Positions 1-8,643 of a stretch of DNA of 64,000 bases are shown here, one piece after another. Under the pieces are notes generated by a model that was given only the letters and a program-made list of their open reading frames with translations, was not told the origin of the DNA and ran no database searches. A program made the translations under genes and the position numbers. Position 1 is the first letter of the stretch; every line of letters begins with the position of its first letter. The DNA is from a virus (taxonomy: Duplodnaviria > Caudoviricetes), in IMG/VR virus record IMGVR_UViG_3300037501_000255, one strand, 5' to 3'.

Positions 1-43
1 CATTTATAATATCATCATGCTTGTTACTCAATTTATACATAAA

Positions 44-3000
44 TCATTTCCTACTCTTGCTCTGCATAAATTGAGGAACCTTGTCCCCACGCTGACCCTT
101 TCCGCCGGGTCTAATTGGAGCGGGATGATATTTATGCTTGACAGTTTCAGTGAATGGAGATTCGTGGGCAGCGCCTGGAGTTGCCGGCGTGCCTGGAGTC
201 TTGCCACGACTCTTCTTTTCTGGAGTTTTTTTGCCCCACAGAATGTGAGGTAGTACATAGCGTAATTTTTTGTATACGCCTTCACCCTCACTCTGCTGGC
301 GAGCAAATTCAGACACCGTAGGCAATTCGTCGCTGAACTCAACGGCCATTAACTTAGGATAACGGTCTGGGTCGAAAGCCTCGGCCGTCACCAGCGGAGT
401 TTCCCGAACCTGAGTAAACCGCCTCGCCAGCTCCTTCTCGCGAACTACAGAAGCCTGCTTGTCAGTCAGCTCTTTCAGATATTCACTGACTTTTGAAGGA
501 TCAAAATATACGCTTGGCTGCTTACCTTGTGCAGCATCTTTAAGTTTTTCAACTATGTTGTCGAATTTTGATAACGATTCATACTGAGATGCCATTATCG
601 CTCCGAGCAATTCATTGTATTCCTTATCTACAATCGCCTTAATCTGCTTTTCATCTAAGCCCTCTGCAGAGGCCTTAGCGCGCGCCTTTGCTCTAGCAGC
701 ATCAAGCTGCTTCTTGGCCTTAGCGGCCCGTTCGTAACGCATTAGAGCCACTTCCGCCTCATACTGAGCGCGGAAGAATAGCATATAAGGATCTTTTGCT
801 CCCAGCATACGTTCCGGGCGTCCGCGTACGCGCCCAACCCCCCTGCCCATATCACGTTCTTCAACAACAGCTTCCAGCGCAGCCACACCCTCTGGTCGGT
901 CTATTATAGATTCCCGATCTATATCACTCATAGCCTGCTGCAGCATCTCAATGGCTTGCACGTACTCTGGGGTCCTGTGCAGTTCATCCAAATACTGCGC
1001 ACGCAAGCGAAACTGCTCGCGCGCGTCGCTAGTAGCCACCTCAGCCCGCTCAGTAGCCTGCTTGAGATATTCATCATCAAGCATACGAAGGTAATTATCC
1101 AGCTCAGTTTGCTTATACAGAGCAGCTCTGACCCGACTCTCGCGCGAGGTGTCAGAGGCGGGATTTAGCTCCAAGGCCTTCTTGTACGCATATCTCATAG
1201 CACGACTAGCGTTTAACATGCGGGTGGACGGCAGCTGCTTTGATGGATTATTTGGATCTACAAATTCACGACGACGATACATGGCCGCAAGCTCAGCCTT
1301 GTCGGCTGCACGGTACTTCTTAGCCTTCTCGGCCACGCCCCTTTCAACTGCCCCTTCATAGCGCTGACGATGCTCGCGAATCTTCAGCTTATCCTCTTCA
1401 GTAGGCTCGAATACACGAACCCGGCCCCTTTGACGAGTTGATTCGGGCGACGAAGGCGCAGGTTGACTCCGAACAGCACCCAATCTGCGTTCAACATTGG
1501 CCACCTCGCGCTCTATACGTTGGATATCAAATTCCAGGTCCGTAATCGACTTTTGAGCGACCGCAATCTGGTCTTGAATACTCCTCTGTTCTGATGGAGG
1601 CGCAGAAGACAATTCCTTTTGTAATTTATTCAGTTGCTTATCGTCACCGTACTTACGAGCATATAATTTATCCCGCTTCTCCAGCAGACTTTCAAGCATC
1701 TTTTCCAATTCCTCTGCAGACTCAACATATTTTTGCGGATTCTTTAGTAAATCACGTATCTTGCCAATTTCAGAATGCAGCTGCCGGGCACGCTCTCTGA
1801 GGCGAGCTGATCTGCGCTGAACAGTCTCCTGTTCAATTCGATTGCGCGCCAGCCGTTGGCGATTAAATTCAGGATCTACAGCAGTGCCGCTTTCAAATGA
1901 AGCACGCTCCTGTCTGAGTCTAGCCAGCTCCGCATCCGGCTCTGCGAGGCGCTCTTTTATATCGCGCATTTCCTTTGAGTTAACATGAAGGCGATCCAGT
2001 AGCCCCTTCCGTACATCTTGAGGTATTGCACTAGGATCAATTAGGCCCAATTCAATATCACGACGGATTGCCCCGGTAAGAGCCGCCCTGCCCAATGGTT
2101 CAGGAGTTTCCCACCGACGAGAAAGTGCTTTGGCCCTCTCATCATATTGCGGAAATCTCCAAGGTTCAGATTCGACTGGCTCGGAGCCCCAACCGAACTC
2201 TTTTGCTATATCGCGTTCCTCTCGCTGCACTTTTTTAGAAATCTCAGGGGCCCAACCGCGCTCCCTTATAGTTTTTGCAGGCGCAATCTCTTCTGTGCTT
2301 ACAGGATGCGTTTGCTGGATCAGCCTATCAATAGTTGAAGACACATCTGATCTGAATTTTTGAAAAGCTGGCTGCTCGGCTAAGTACTTGCGTTTCGCCC
2401 TAAGACGCTCCGCTATAACAGGGTCCTTCTCTGCACTCTTCTCAAGATTAGAGAGCTCTGCTTGCAGTTTGTTAAATTCAGCCTCTAGCATTGCAGCTAC
2501 CTTGGCATTTGCACTAACCACACTCTCTAGATCTCTAATGATCTTATTATTGCCATCACTCTTGCTATATTTACCTAATATAAGTGATGGACCGAGTATA
2601 TCTGCAGGAATTTGAGCATCCGCTTTGCCTCCAGCGCGCTGTACCAACGCAGAAAGCGCCTGCCCCAGACGACCCATATATTCGAGCATCTCGCCACTCT
2701 GTCTGTGCGCAATATCTCTATTTATTGTTCCAATTTGAGATTTCCATTTAGAAATTTCAACATCTGCTGGAATAATTCCATCCAGACGCTCATAGTCAGT
2801 TTCAGGAGCAACATCTTTGGTTCTCACTTGCAGCTTGCGTTCCAAAGTCTTCTTCTGTCCTCGCAACATACCACCAGTAGCAACGTCCGGCATAATCTTC
2901 TCAAACATAGAGCGTACTAGCGGAGAATTGAAAGATTTCATATTCTCCTTGAGAGTATCGCGCACGCGAATCATTTCCGGATCTTGCGAGCGAGGCTTAG

Positions 3001-4882
3001 GGGCAGAGACGGCACCAAGCTCCCCTTCCAAGTCAGAAATTTGCTCGGGGAGAGCGTATTCGACCAGCTTAGTCAAGGCAGCGACTTCGGGGTGCGTATC
3101 GCCCAGCTCTTTAGCCCTACGCCTCAACTCATCTCTGGCATCGGCAAGCTGCTTTTTATATTCATCTATAGTCTTAAACTTCTCCAGTTTATCAGCAATT
3201 GTTTGCAGGCGCATCTCAACACTTGCAACATTTGAATATGGAGCAATGGCTGCAATCAACGTATCTGGATTTACCGCGCTACTATCATATAGAGATGCTA
3301 TTTCCGTACGAAGCCTGTTCGATTCTGCATCGGCAAGCTCAACCCGTCGCTTTGCATCCCGGTATCGTGCGCTAGCATCCTTCTGCTGAGCCAATTTATC
3401 CTTAGTTTGCGGACCCGCCATCAGAGCATTTAGTTCCACACTGGCCGCTTCAAGATCTTGTTTTGCACTGCGCAACTCCGCGTCGCTGGTGGTTTTCTTA
3501 GCAAGTAGAGGCGCTAATTTTTCCTGATCGGCAGTTGCGCGCAACAGTCCACGCGCCTCCTCTAGCTTGCCACTCAGCTCCTTATATTCCGCAACATAGT
3601 CTTCGCGAATAGCAGCAAGCGTGCGCTCACCGCGAGGCTGAGAGCCCCTCTCCTTGCTAGGACCAGTATTGGGCGAGGGCGGCTTAGCTGTAAGAGACGT
3701 AGATGGGTCGGGTATCTGCAGCAATATGCGATGCTCGCCACCAATTCTATCAGCGGCAGCCTTTATTGCCGACAATATATCTGCAACAACAGGGGCTACT
3801 GCAGCGGTGTAAAATTCTGATTCAACACCCTGATTTGTGAGAGGGCGGATGAAGTCATTTTCAGATGTTAGAAAGTCACTAATCTCGAGTAGTGGTGTCT
3901 GAGCGTCTTCAAATAAACGTTCTAGCGCAAGGCGCCCAAGTAGGTGAGGGGCTTTAATTGAGGCTTGTGCACGCGAAGAGGTCTTTTTGTGCAAAGAATC
4001 CATCGCCGACACTGCCTTCCGAAGCCTCGCAAGAATATCAACTTCCCCACGTACAAATGTTGGAGCATTACTCAATATTTGTTGTAATCGATTTAATCCA
4101 GCTAAAGCACTGCCCAATGAAGCTGAAAGTTCTTCCAAAATTGGCGCGTACTTTGCAACATCCTCACCACTAGGAGCTACAGGAGCTGTTGCAGCCTGCG
4201 GGGCAGGCTCTGCAGCCTCGCTAGGCTGCTCCGCAGGACTAGATGCCGGTGCATCCAAAGATGCTAATTCGGCACGCTTTGCCGCAAGCTCAGCATTCAG
4301 ACGATCCTGCTCACCCTTAAAATGAGCTTCGCGCGCAGGGTCAATGGTTACGCCGGGGCGCGTCAGCTGCTTCCACACGGATTGAATTCGATTAAGCTCA
4401 GCCCGCAAATCGGCAATCTCTTTTTGCAGGGCAATCGAGCGCCGCTGCTTATCAGAGAGATCTGCTGCTTCCCGCTTTAATTCTGGGGTGGGGAAGCGCT
4501 GTTCTAGTACATGCTCTTCAACTTCGGAGGGGGCCTCTGTTGGCTGCATACCTCCGCGAATATGAGTGACTTCGTGGCCCAAAGTCTTTACAAGCTCATT
4601 GATAAGAGCCTGCCGATCTTCTTCTACACCCTGAGTTTTTAATTGATTCTTTATAGCATCAAGTGAAATATATACTATGCCATCGCCTGTAGCCTTGCCT
4701 AGATATGGCGACTTAGGATTTCCGTGCTCCACCACGACTTTTTTAACGCCATCAAAGTATTTAGGATCTGCGCCCTTGAGCTTATTAACAGCCTCACGCA
4801 CGGCGCTCTCTTCGGGCTCTATGATTATATCTATAGATGAAAACCTATGTATAATTTCATTAATTATACTGTTAAATTTCAT
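44..4882 (-). CDS. 1612-aa protein: N-terminal zincin-like metallopeptidase motif followed by long coiled-coil; probable virion/internal protein
   Basis: LGHEVTH (HExxH) preceded by YLGKATGDGIVYISL; the rest is heptad-like and E/K/R/A-rich; GGAG RBS upstream (ttggagaatatATG). Confidence 0.6.
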   Translation of the reverse strand: MKFNSIINEIIHRFSSIDIIIEPEESAVREAVNKLKGADPKYFDGVKKVVVEHGNPKSPYLGKATGDGIVYISLDAIKNQLKTQGVEEDRQALINELVKTLGHEVTHIRGGMQPTEAPSEVEEHVLEQRFPTPELKREAADLSDKQRRSIALQKEIADLRAELNRIQSVWKQLTRPGVTIDPAREAHFKGEQDRLNAELAAKRAELASLDAPASSPAEQPSEAAEPAPQAATAPVAPSGEDVAKYAPILEELSASLGSALAGLNRLQQILSNAPTFVRGEVDILARLRKAVSAMDSLHKKTSSRAQASIKAPHLLGRLALERLFEDAQTPLLEISDFLTSENDFIRPLTNQGVESEFYTAAVAPVVADILSAIKAAADRIGGEHRILLQIPDPSTSLTAKPPSPNTGPSKERGSQPRGERTLAAIREDYVAEYKELSGKLEEARGLLRATADQEKLAPLLAKKTTSDAELRSAKQDLEAASVELNALMAGPQTKDKLAQQKDASARYRDAKRRVELADAESNRLRTEIASLYDSSAVNPDTLIAAIAPYSNVASVEMRLQTIADKLEKFKTIDEYKKQLADARDELRRRAKELGDTHPEVAALTKLVEYALPEQISDLEGELGAVSAPKPRSQDPEMIRVRDTLKENMKSFNSPLVRSMFEKIMPDVATGGMLRGQKKTLERKLQVRTKDVAPETDYERLDGIIPADVEISKWKSQIGTINRDIAHRQSGEMLEYMGRLGQALSALVQRAGGKADAQIPADILGPSLILGKYSKSDGNNKIIRDLESVVSANAKVAAMLEAEFNKLQAELSNLEKSAEKDPVIAERLRAKRKYLAEQPAFQKFRSDVSSTIDRLIQQTHPVSTEEIAPAKTIRERGWAPEISKKVQREERDIAKEFGWGSEPVESEPWRFPQYDERAKALSRRWETPEPLGRAALTGAIRRDIELGLIDPSAIPQDVRKGLLDRLHVNSKEMRDIKERLAEPDAELARLRQERASFESGTAVDPEFNRQRLARNRIEQETVQRRSARLRERARQLHSEIGKIRDLLKNPQKYVESAEELEKMLESLLEKRDKLYARKYGDDKQLNKLQKELSSAPPSEQRSIQDQIAVAQKSITDLEFDIQRIEREVANVERRLGAVRSQPAPSSPESTRQRGRVRVFEPTEEDKLKIREHRQRYEGAVERGVAEKAKKYRAADKAELAAMYRRREFVDPNNPSKQLPSTRMLNASRAMRYAYKKALELNPASDTSRESRVRAALYKQTELDNYLRMLDDEYLKQATERAEVATSDAREQFRLRAQYLDELHRTPEYVQAIEMLQQAMSDIDRESIIDRPEGVAALEAVVEERDMGRGVGRVRGRPERMLGAKDPYMLFFRAQYEAEVALMRYERAAKAKKQLDAARAKARAKASAEGLDEKQIKAIVDKEYNELLGAIMASQYESLSKFDNIVEKLKDAAQGKQPSVYFDPSKVSEYLKELTDKQASVVREKELARRFTQVRETPLVTAEAFDPDRYPKLMAVEFSDELPTVSEFARQQSEGEGVYKKLRYVLPHILWGKKTPEKKSRGKTPGTPATPGAAHESPFTETVKHKYHPAPIRPGGKGQRGDKVPQFMQSKSRK

Positions 4883-5124
4883 ATATTCTCCAAAATATCA
4901 TCGAACTCATCAGCCATTGAAAACTCGCCGACAGAATCCAGAGCAGAGGCTATAGTACGTAGCGAACTAACCATGTCTGCCTTCTTTTGCGCCTTAAATA
5001 TGTGCTGTACTAATCCCCAATCACGATCAGTGAACCTGGACTGCTTCTTGCCCTTATGCTTGCGTACAACACGCTTGGCTTTTTGCCACCTGCTCTCATC
5101 TTTCTTAGATAATTTTCCAGGCAT
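4879..5124 (-). CDS. small basic hypothetical protein (weakly ChaB-like N-half; C-terminal shared helical module)
   Basis: 81 aa, RBS aggag, ATGA overlap with the next gene; RWQKAK...DWGLVQHIFK then LRTIASALDSVGEFSMADEFDDIL. Confidence 0.55.
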   Translation of the reverse strand: MPGKLSKKDESRWQKAKRVVRKHKGKKQSRFTDRDWGLVQHIFKAQKKADMVSSLRTIASALDSVGEFSMADEFDDILENI

Positions 5125-5125
5125 A

Positions 5126-6427
5126 CTATGCTCCTACTACAATACGATCTTTTAAAAACGGTGTCGGATCTATAGTTTTCGAGTCATACTTCATAATAAA
5201 ATGCAGATGCGGTCCGGTCACTTGTCCGGTTTGACCAGCAAGGCCGATAACCTGCCCCGGTTGAACTATGTCTCCAACAGATACAAGAATCTTGCTTAAA
5301 TGCAAATACATAGTCACCAGCCTATCATCCGGACCATGTGCGACTTTAACCATGTTCCCGCTCGCCTGATTGCCGGCACCGGCAAATATGACACGGCCTT
5401 TAGCAAAGGCCAAGATTTTAGTACCTTCTGCTGCCTCAAGATCCACTCCCTTGTGAAAGTGACCTGGTTTCTTGGTTATTGGATCCACACGTACCCCATA
5501 CGGAGATGTTATGCGTTGCCGCCCCGCTAGCGTTTCACCGGGCTGAAGAGGTCTCGGTCGATCTACTTCACTGGGACCGGGCTTATGAGAGTGCGGCACG
5601 GTCGGGGCCGAACCGCGAAAAATCTTGGCTAATTCTGAGTTTACATACTCAGCCAAATTAAACTCGGCCTTTTTGTACTTTTTAACAAGTGCTGGGGCGA
5701 GATACTGATTCATCAATGTTTTAGACTCATGTCCAACAGACTCTGATACGTTTTCGAGGGCCTTGTCAAAGTCCTTTGTTCGCTTAAGCTCATCACGCAT
5801 CAATCGATTTGCATGAAATCCACGCAGATCTTTAGCTGTAATATCAAAGTCAGCAAGGTATCTATTGACAACCTTGGCGCGAATGCGCTTGCCATCCTCA
5901 TACTCGAAGACAAAATCCTCGTTCGACTTACCCTTTAGAAGGTCTTTGAGTACCTTTGCAACAGCAGCGTCAGTGAATGAGAATTTTTGATCTACTTGCT
6001 TTTTACCTAGAAAACTAAATTTCACGGTATTGCCGCTTATTTTAACATGCTTCTTCTTAAGCGTAGTTGCACCAAATGTACCGAACTCATCCACGGAGTC
6101 GTCATTGCCAACGCGCATGGCGGTAAGGTCCAAAAGCGCTACTACGGCAGCAAGCGCGCGTACCTTCTCGTCATCAGACTTTAAATCTGAACGATATTTC
6201 TTTTGTAATTTTGGCAGACTCTTTTTTAGAGCATTTATATGCTCAACCTTCTTCTTCCATCTCTTCTTGACATGAGCATCATCGTATACCCGAACTTCGC
6301 CGGATTCGGTCTTAATTTTCTTGACGTAATTCTTCTCGTATTTGCGCTTGGCTAAGACATATAGCGATGAGGCGCCATATGCCTCAAGCGTCATTGCTCT
6401 ATTCTGCACTCTCCGGCTCAGTATCAT
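5126..6427 (-). CDS. DNA topoisomerase IB catalytic core fused to C-terminal M23 metallopeptidase
   Basis: Topo IB pentad: MRVGN (R105), FLGKK (K142), KDLR (R202), VGH (H233), NQYL (Y242). M23 motifs: ITSPYG, HKGVD, YLHL, GPHLHF. One continuous frame. Confidence 0.9.
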   Translation of the reverse strand: MILSRRVQNRAMTLEAYGASSLYVLAKRKYEKNYVKKIKTESGEVRVYDDAHVKKRWKKKVEHINALKKSLPKLQKKYRSDLKSDDEKVRALAAVVALLDLTAMRVGNDDSVDEFGTFGATTLKKKHVKISGNTVKFSFLGKKQVDQKFSFTDAAVAKVLKDLLKGKSNEDFVFEYEDGKRIRAKVVNRYLADFDITAKDLRGFHANRLMRDELKRTKDFDKALENVSESVGHESKTLMNQYLAPALVKKYKKAEFNLAEYVNSELAKIFRGSAPTVPHSHKPGPSEVDRPRPLQPGETLAGRQRITSPYGVRVDPITKKPGHFHKGVDLEAAEGTKILAFAKGRVIFAGAGNQASGNMVKVAHGPDDRLVTMYLHLSKILVSVGDIVQPGQVIGLAGQTGQVTGPHLHFIMKYDSKTIDPTPFLKDRIVVGA

Positions 6428-6722
6428 TACTCACCCTAATCGGCATAGCGCCCGCTATTTTGCCCAGCCTAAATAGTAACGAATCTATATCTTTACATGC
6501 TCTGTTATAGTTCAACCTCTCGGCAAGAGATATCTCGGTCGAGCTATATATACGCATTTTATTGATAGTTGCGCGCCAACGTACAAGAAGGGGGATGTGT
6601 TTGGCCGCCTGCTCAGCACTCCCCCTTCTCCCACCACAAATATCCCAAATATAATCTAGCGCACGACCAATGCCGTAATACGTGCTGAAAGATATATTCG
6701 TGACATCATGCGGCAGCTTCAT
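6399..6722 (-). CDS. hypothetical protein
   Basis: 107-aa ORF filling the gap between portal and topoisomerase, co-oriented. Confidence 0.5.
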   Translation of the reverse strand: MKLPHDVTNISFSTYYGIGRALDYIWDICGGRRGSAEQAAKHIPLLVRWRATINKMRIYSSTEISLAERLNYNRACKDIDSLLFRLGKIAGAMPIRVSNDTEPESAE

Positions 6723-6725
6723 AAA

Positions 6726-8630
6726 TCACGGTGCTGGGCCGGGAGGCGTTGGCGCTCCCGGCATACCACCAGGCGGCTCCGCTGGTGTTGGTGGAGGCGG
6801 CATACCCATGCCTAAATCGCCGCCAGGCATTAGAGGTGGTAGTCCGCCCAATCCAAGGTCACCACCCGGCATCGGAGGTGGGACGCCCGGCAATCCACCC
6901 GGCATACCGCCTGCAAGACCACCAGCCGCACCCCCGGCTGGTTCAGGAATTGGCTCAGTTGGATTAAGACTCTTTAGCTGAGACAGGCTCATCTTAGATA
7001 GATTATCTTGTTCCTTGGCTATAATAGCGGCTTCAATCATCTCCTGCCTAATATTGGCAATTTCATTCTTGCGGCTCAAACCAAGGCTACGATCTAGCGT
7101 TCTAACAGAAACACGATTCTTTTCCACTAGTGTAGAGAGATGTGCGATATAATTATCGAGATCATATAGTGTCATATGATTCCATTCTACTTTGGGTACA
7201 ATCAAGCGCTTCTCTTGACCAACGATATCATAAAATCCTTGTACCTCAGAAATCGGAGCAAAAACCTTCCTCTCTAGCCAATTAGCTATCATAGTCCTAA
7301 ATCCGTTGTAGCGCTGCCTCATGACATCCAGGGCAACGGATGCTGTAGCATACGACGCGCCCTCCTGTGTAAGCAGGGATTTTGGAACCATAAGGCCTGT
7401 AAAGAGGTTATCCATAATCTGATTGATATCTGCGGCAGTATCCAGTATGTGCCCAGAAGCCCCGACTCGGTCAATCGTCACAGCACCGTGTGTGATGATT
7501 TTGAAATCTCTGTCAAATTGCGCCTGCTCCATAATAGCGCGCCAATTATCCAATTCTTCCTGCCGAGGATAGAATCCCTCAGCGCCATCCGTACCGATCT
7601 TAACAAGAGTGATCGGATTAACCATGCTATCTGCCTGAATATACTTACATTCCCTATACTTATCATATAACATTAGGTCTTTCCAGACACTAACTATAAT
7701 AGAGGTGCCACGAACATCATATGGTGAATTTAACATCTTCAAATGACTGATGTTGAAGTTATCCAGCGGAATCATTTCATTTCTAATCACATGATTGATG
7801 ATTTTCGGATCTATTTGATCACGTATGCGCGCATACTCGGGATCCGCATCTGATACAATCTTTTTCAGTTCCGGGTCGGGTCTTAATAAAATAGTAGTGT
7901 TCTTGGGGGAGGTCGGTGACGCTCTGACTGTGATAAAGTCTGGATTGTGCAAATATAACTGATCCCACGAGCCAGTAGACTCATCAAAGGAAGCGTATAC
8001 AAATGCTTCGCCCAACTTCCAGAACTCCAGCGCCGCCTGCTGAACAACGGTCTCGAGGTCAATTTTATCACACATATCCAAAAAGAATCTCTCTACGCGC
8101 TTATCATCGCACCGTATAGATAGCTTGGATATTGGGTATGTAGCATGCAGATTAATTGCATTTCTCACCAGAGGATTTGTCTCGTAATAAGCTCTATTCC
8201 ACGCATTCATTGTGATACGATCGCGGGGAAGCTGCATGTTTTGAGTGAGGAATAGGGGAGAGAATGGCTCTGGACCCACATGCGTGGAGTTTGACACTCC
8301 GCCTATGCGTCCTCCAGAATTCATATTTGTCGATGCAGTCTTATGAAGACCGGAGGCGAGCGCCAAGTTTGGTCTCGGATGCTCTTCTGCGCGAGCATTT
8401 ACCTCCTGTAGATACTCTCGGCGCTCAAGGCTAAGATGCCCAAGGGCGGCGGCTGACTGAGCCTGCCTGTGTAATGTTGTCCGTGAAACATTTTCTACAG
8501 GCAAACCACGCTGCTGCTGGGCTTGACGATAATACATTTGATCTATAACGCTGGTGCGAGGCTCGGCGTCCCCCCAACGTTTAGCCTGCTCTTCAGCTCT
8601 CTTTATAACACTTGGTTCATGCTTTTTCAT
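6726..8630 (-). CDS. phage portal protein
   Basis: Directly downstream of TerL; portal-like segments (YYETNPLVRNAINLH, EFWKLGEAF, YDVRGTSII, LMVPKSLL); Pro/Gly-rich C-tail. Confidence 0.75.
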   Translation of the reverse strand: MKKHEPSVIKRAEEQAKRWGDAEPRTSVIDQMYYRQAQQQRGLPVENVSRTTLHRQAQSAAALGHLSLERREYLQEVNARAEEHPRPNLALASGLHKTASTNMNSGGRIGGVSNSTHVGPEPFSPLFLTQNMQLPRDRITMNAWNRAYYETNPLVRNAINLHATYPISKLSIRCDDKRVERFFLDMCDKIDLETVVQQAALEFWKLGEAFVYASFDESTGSWDQLYLHNPDFITVRASPTSPKNTTILLRPDPELKKIVSDADPEYARIRDQIDPKIINHVIRNEMIPLDNFNISHLKMLNSPYDVRGTSIIVSVWKDLMLYDKYRECKYIQADSMVNPITLVKIGTDGAEGFYPRQEELDNWRAIMEQAQFDRDFKIITHGAVTIDRVGASGHILDTAADINQIMDNLFTGLMVPKSLLTQEGASYATASVALDVMRQRYNGFRTMIANWLERKVFAPISEVQGFYDIVGQEKRLIVPKVEWNHMTLYDLDNYIAHLSTLVEKNRVSVRTLDRSLGLSRKNEIANIRQEMIEAAIIAKEQDNLSKMSLSQLKSLNPTEPIPEPAGGAAGGLAGGMPGGLPGVPPPMPGGDLGLGGLPPLMPGGDLGMGMPPPPTPAEPPGGMPGAPTPPGPAP

Positions 8631-8643
8631 AATTCTTTACACC

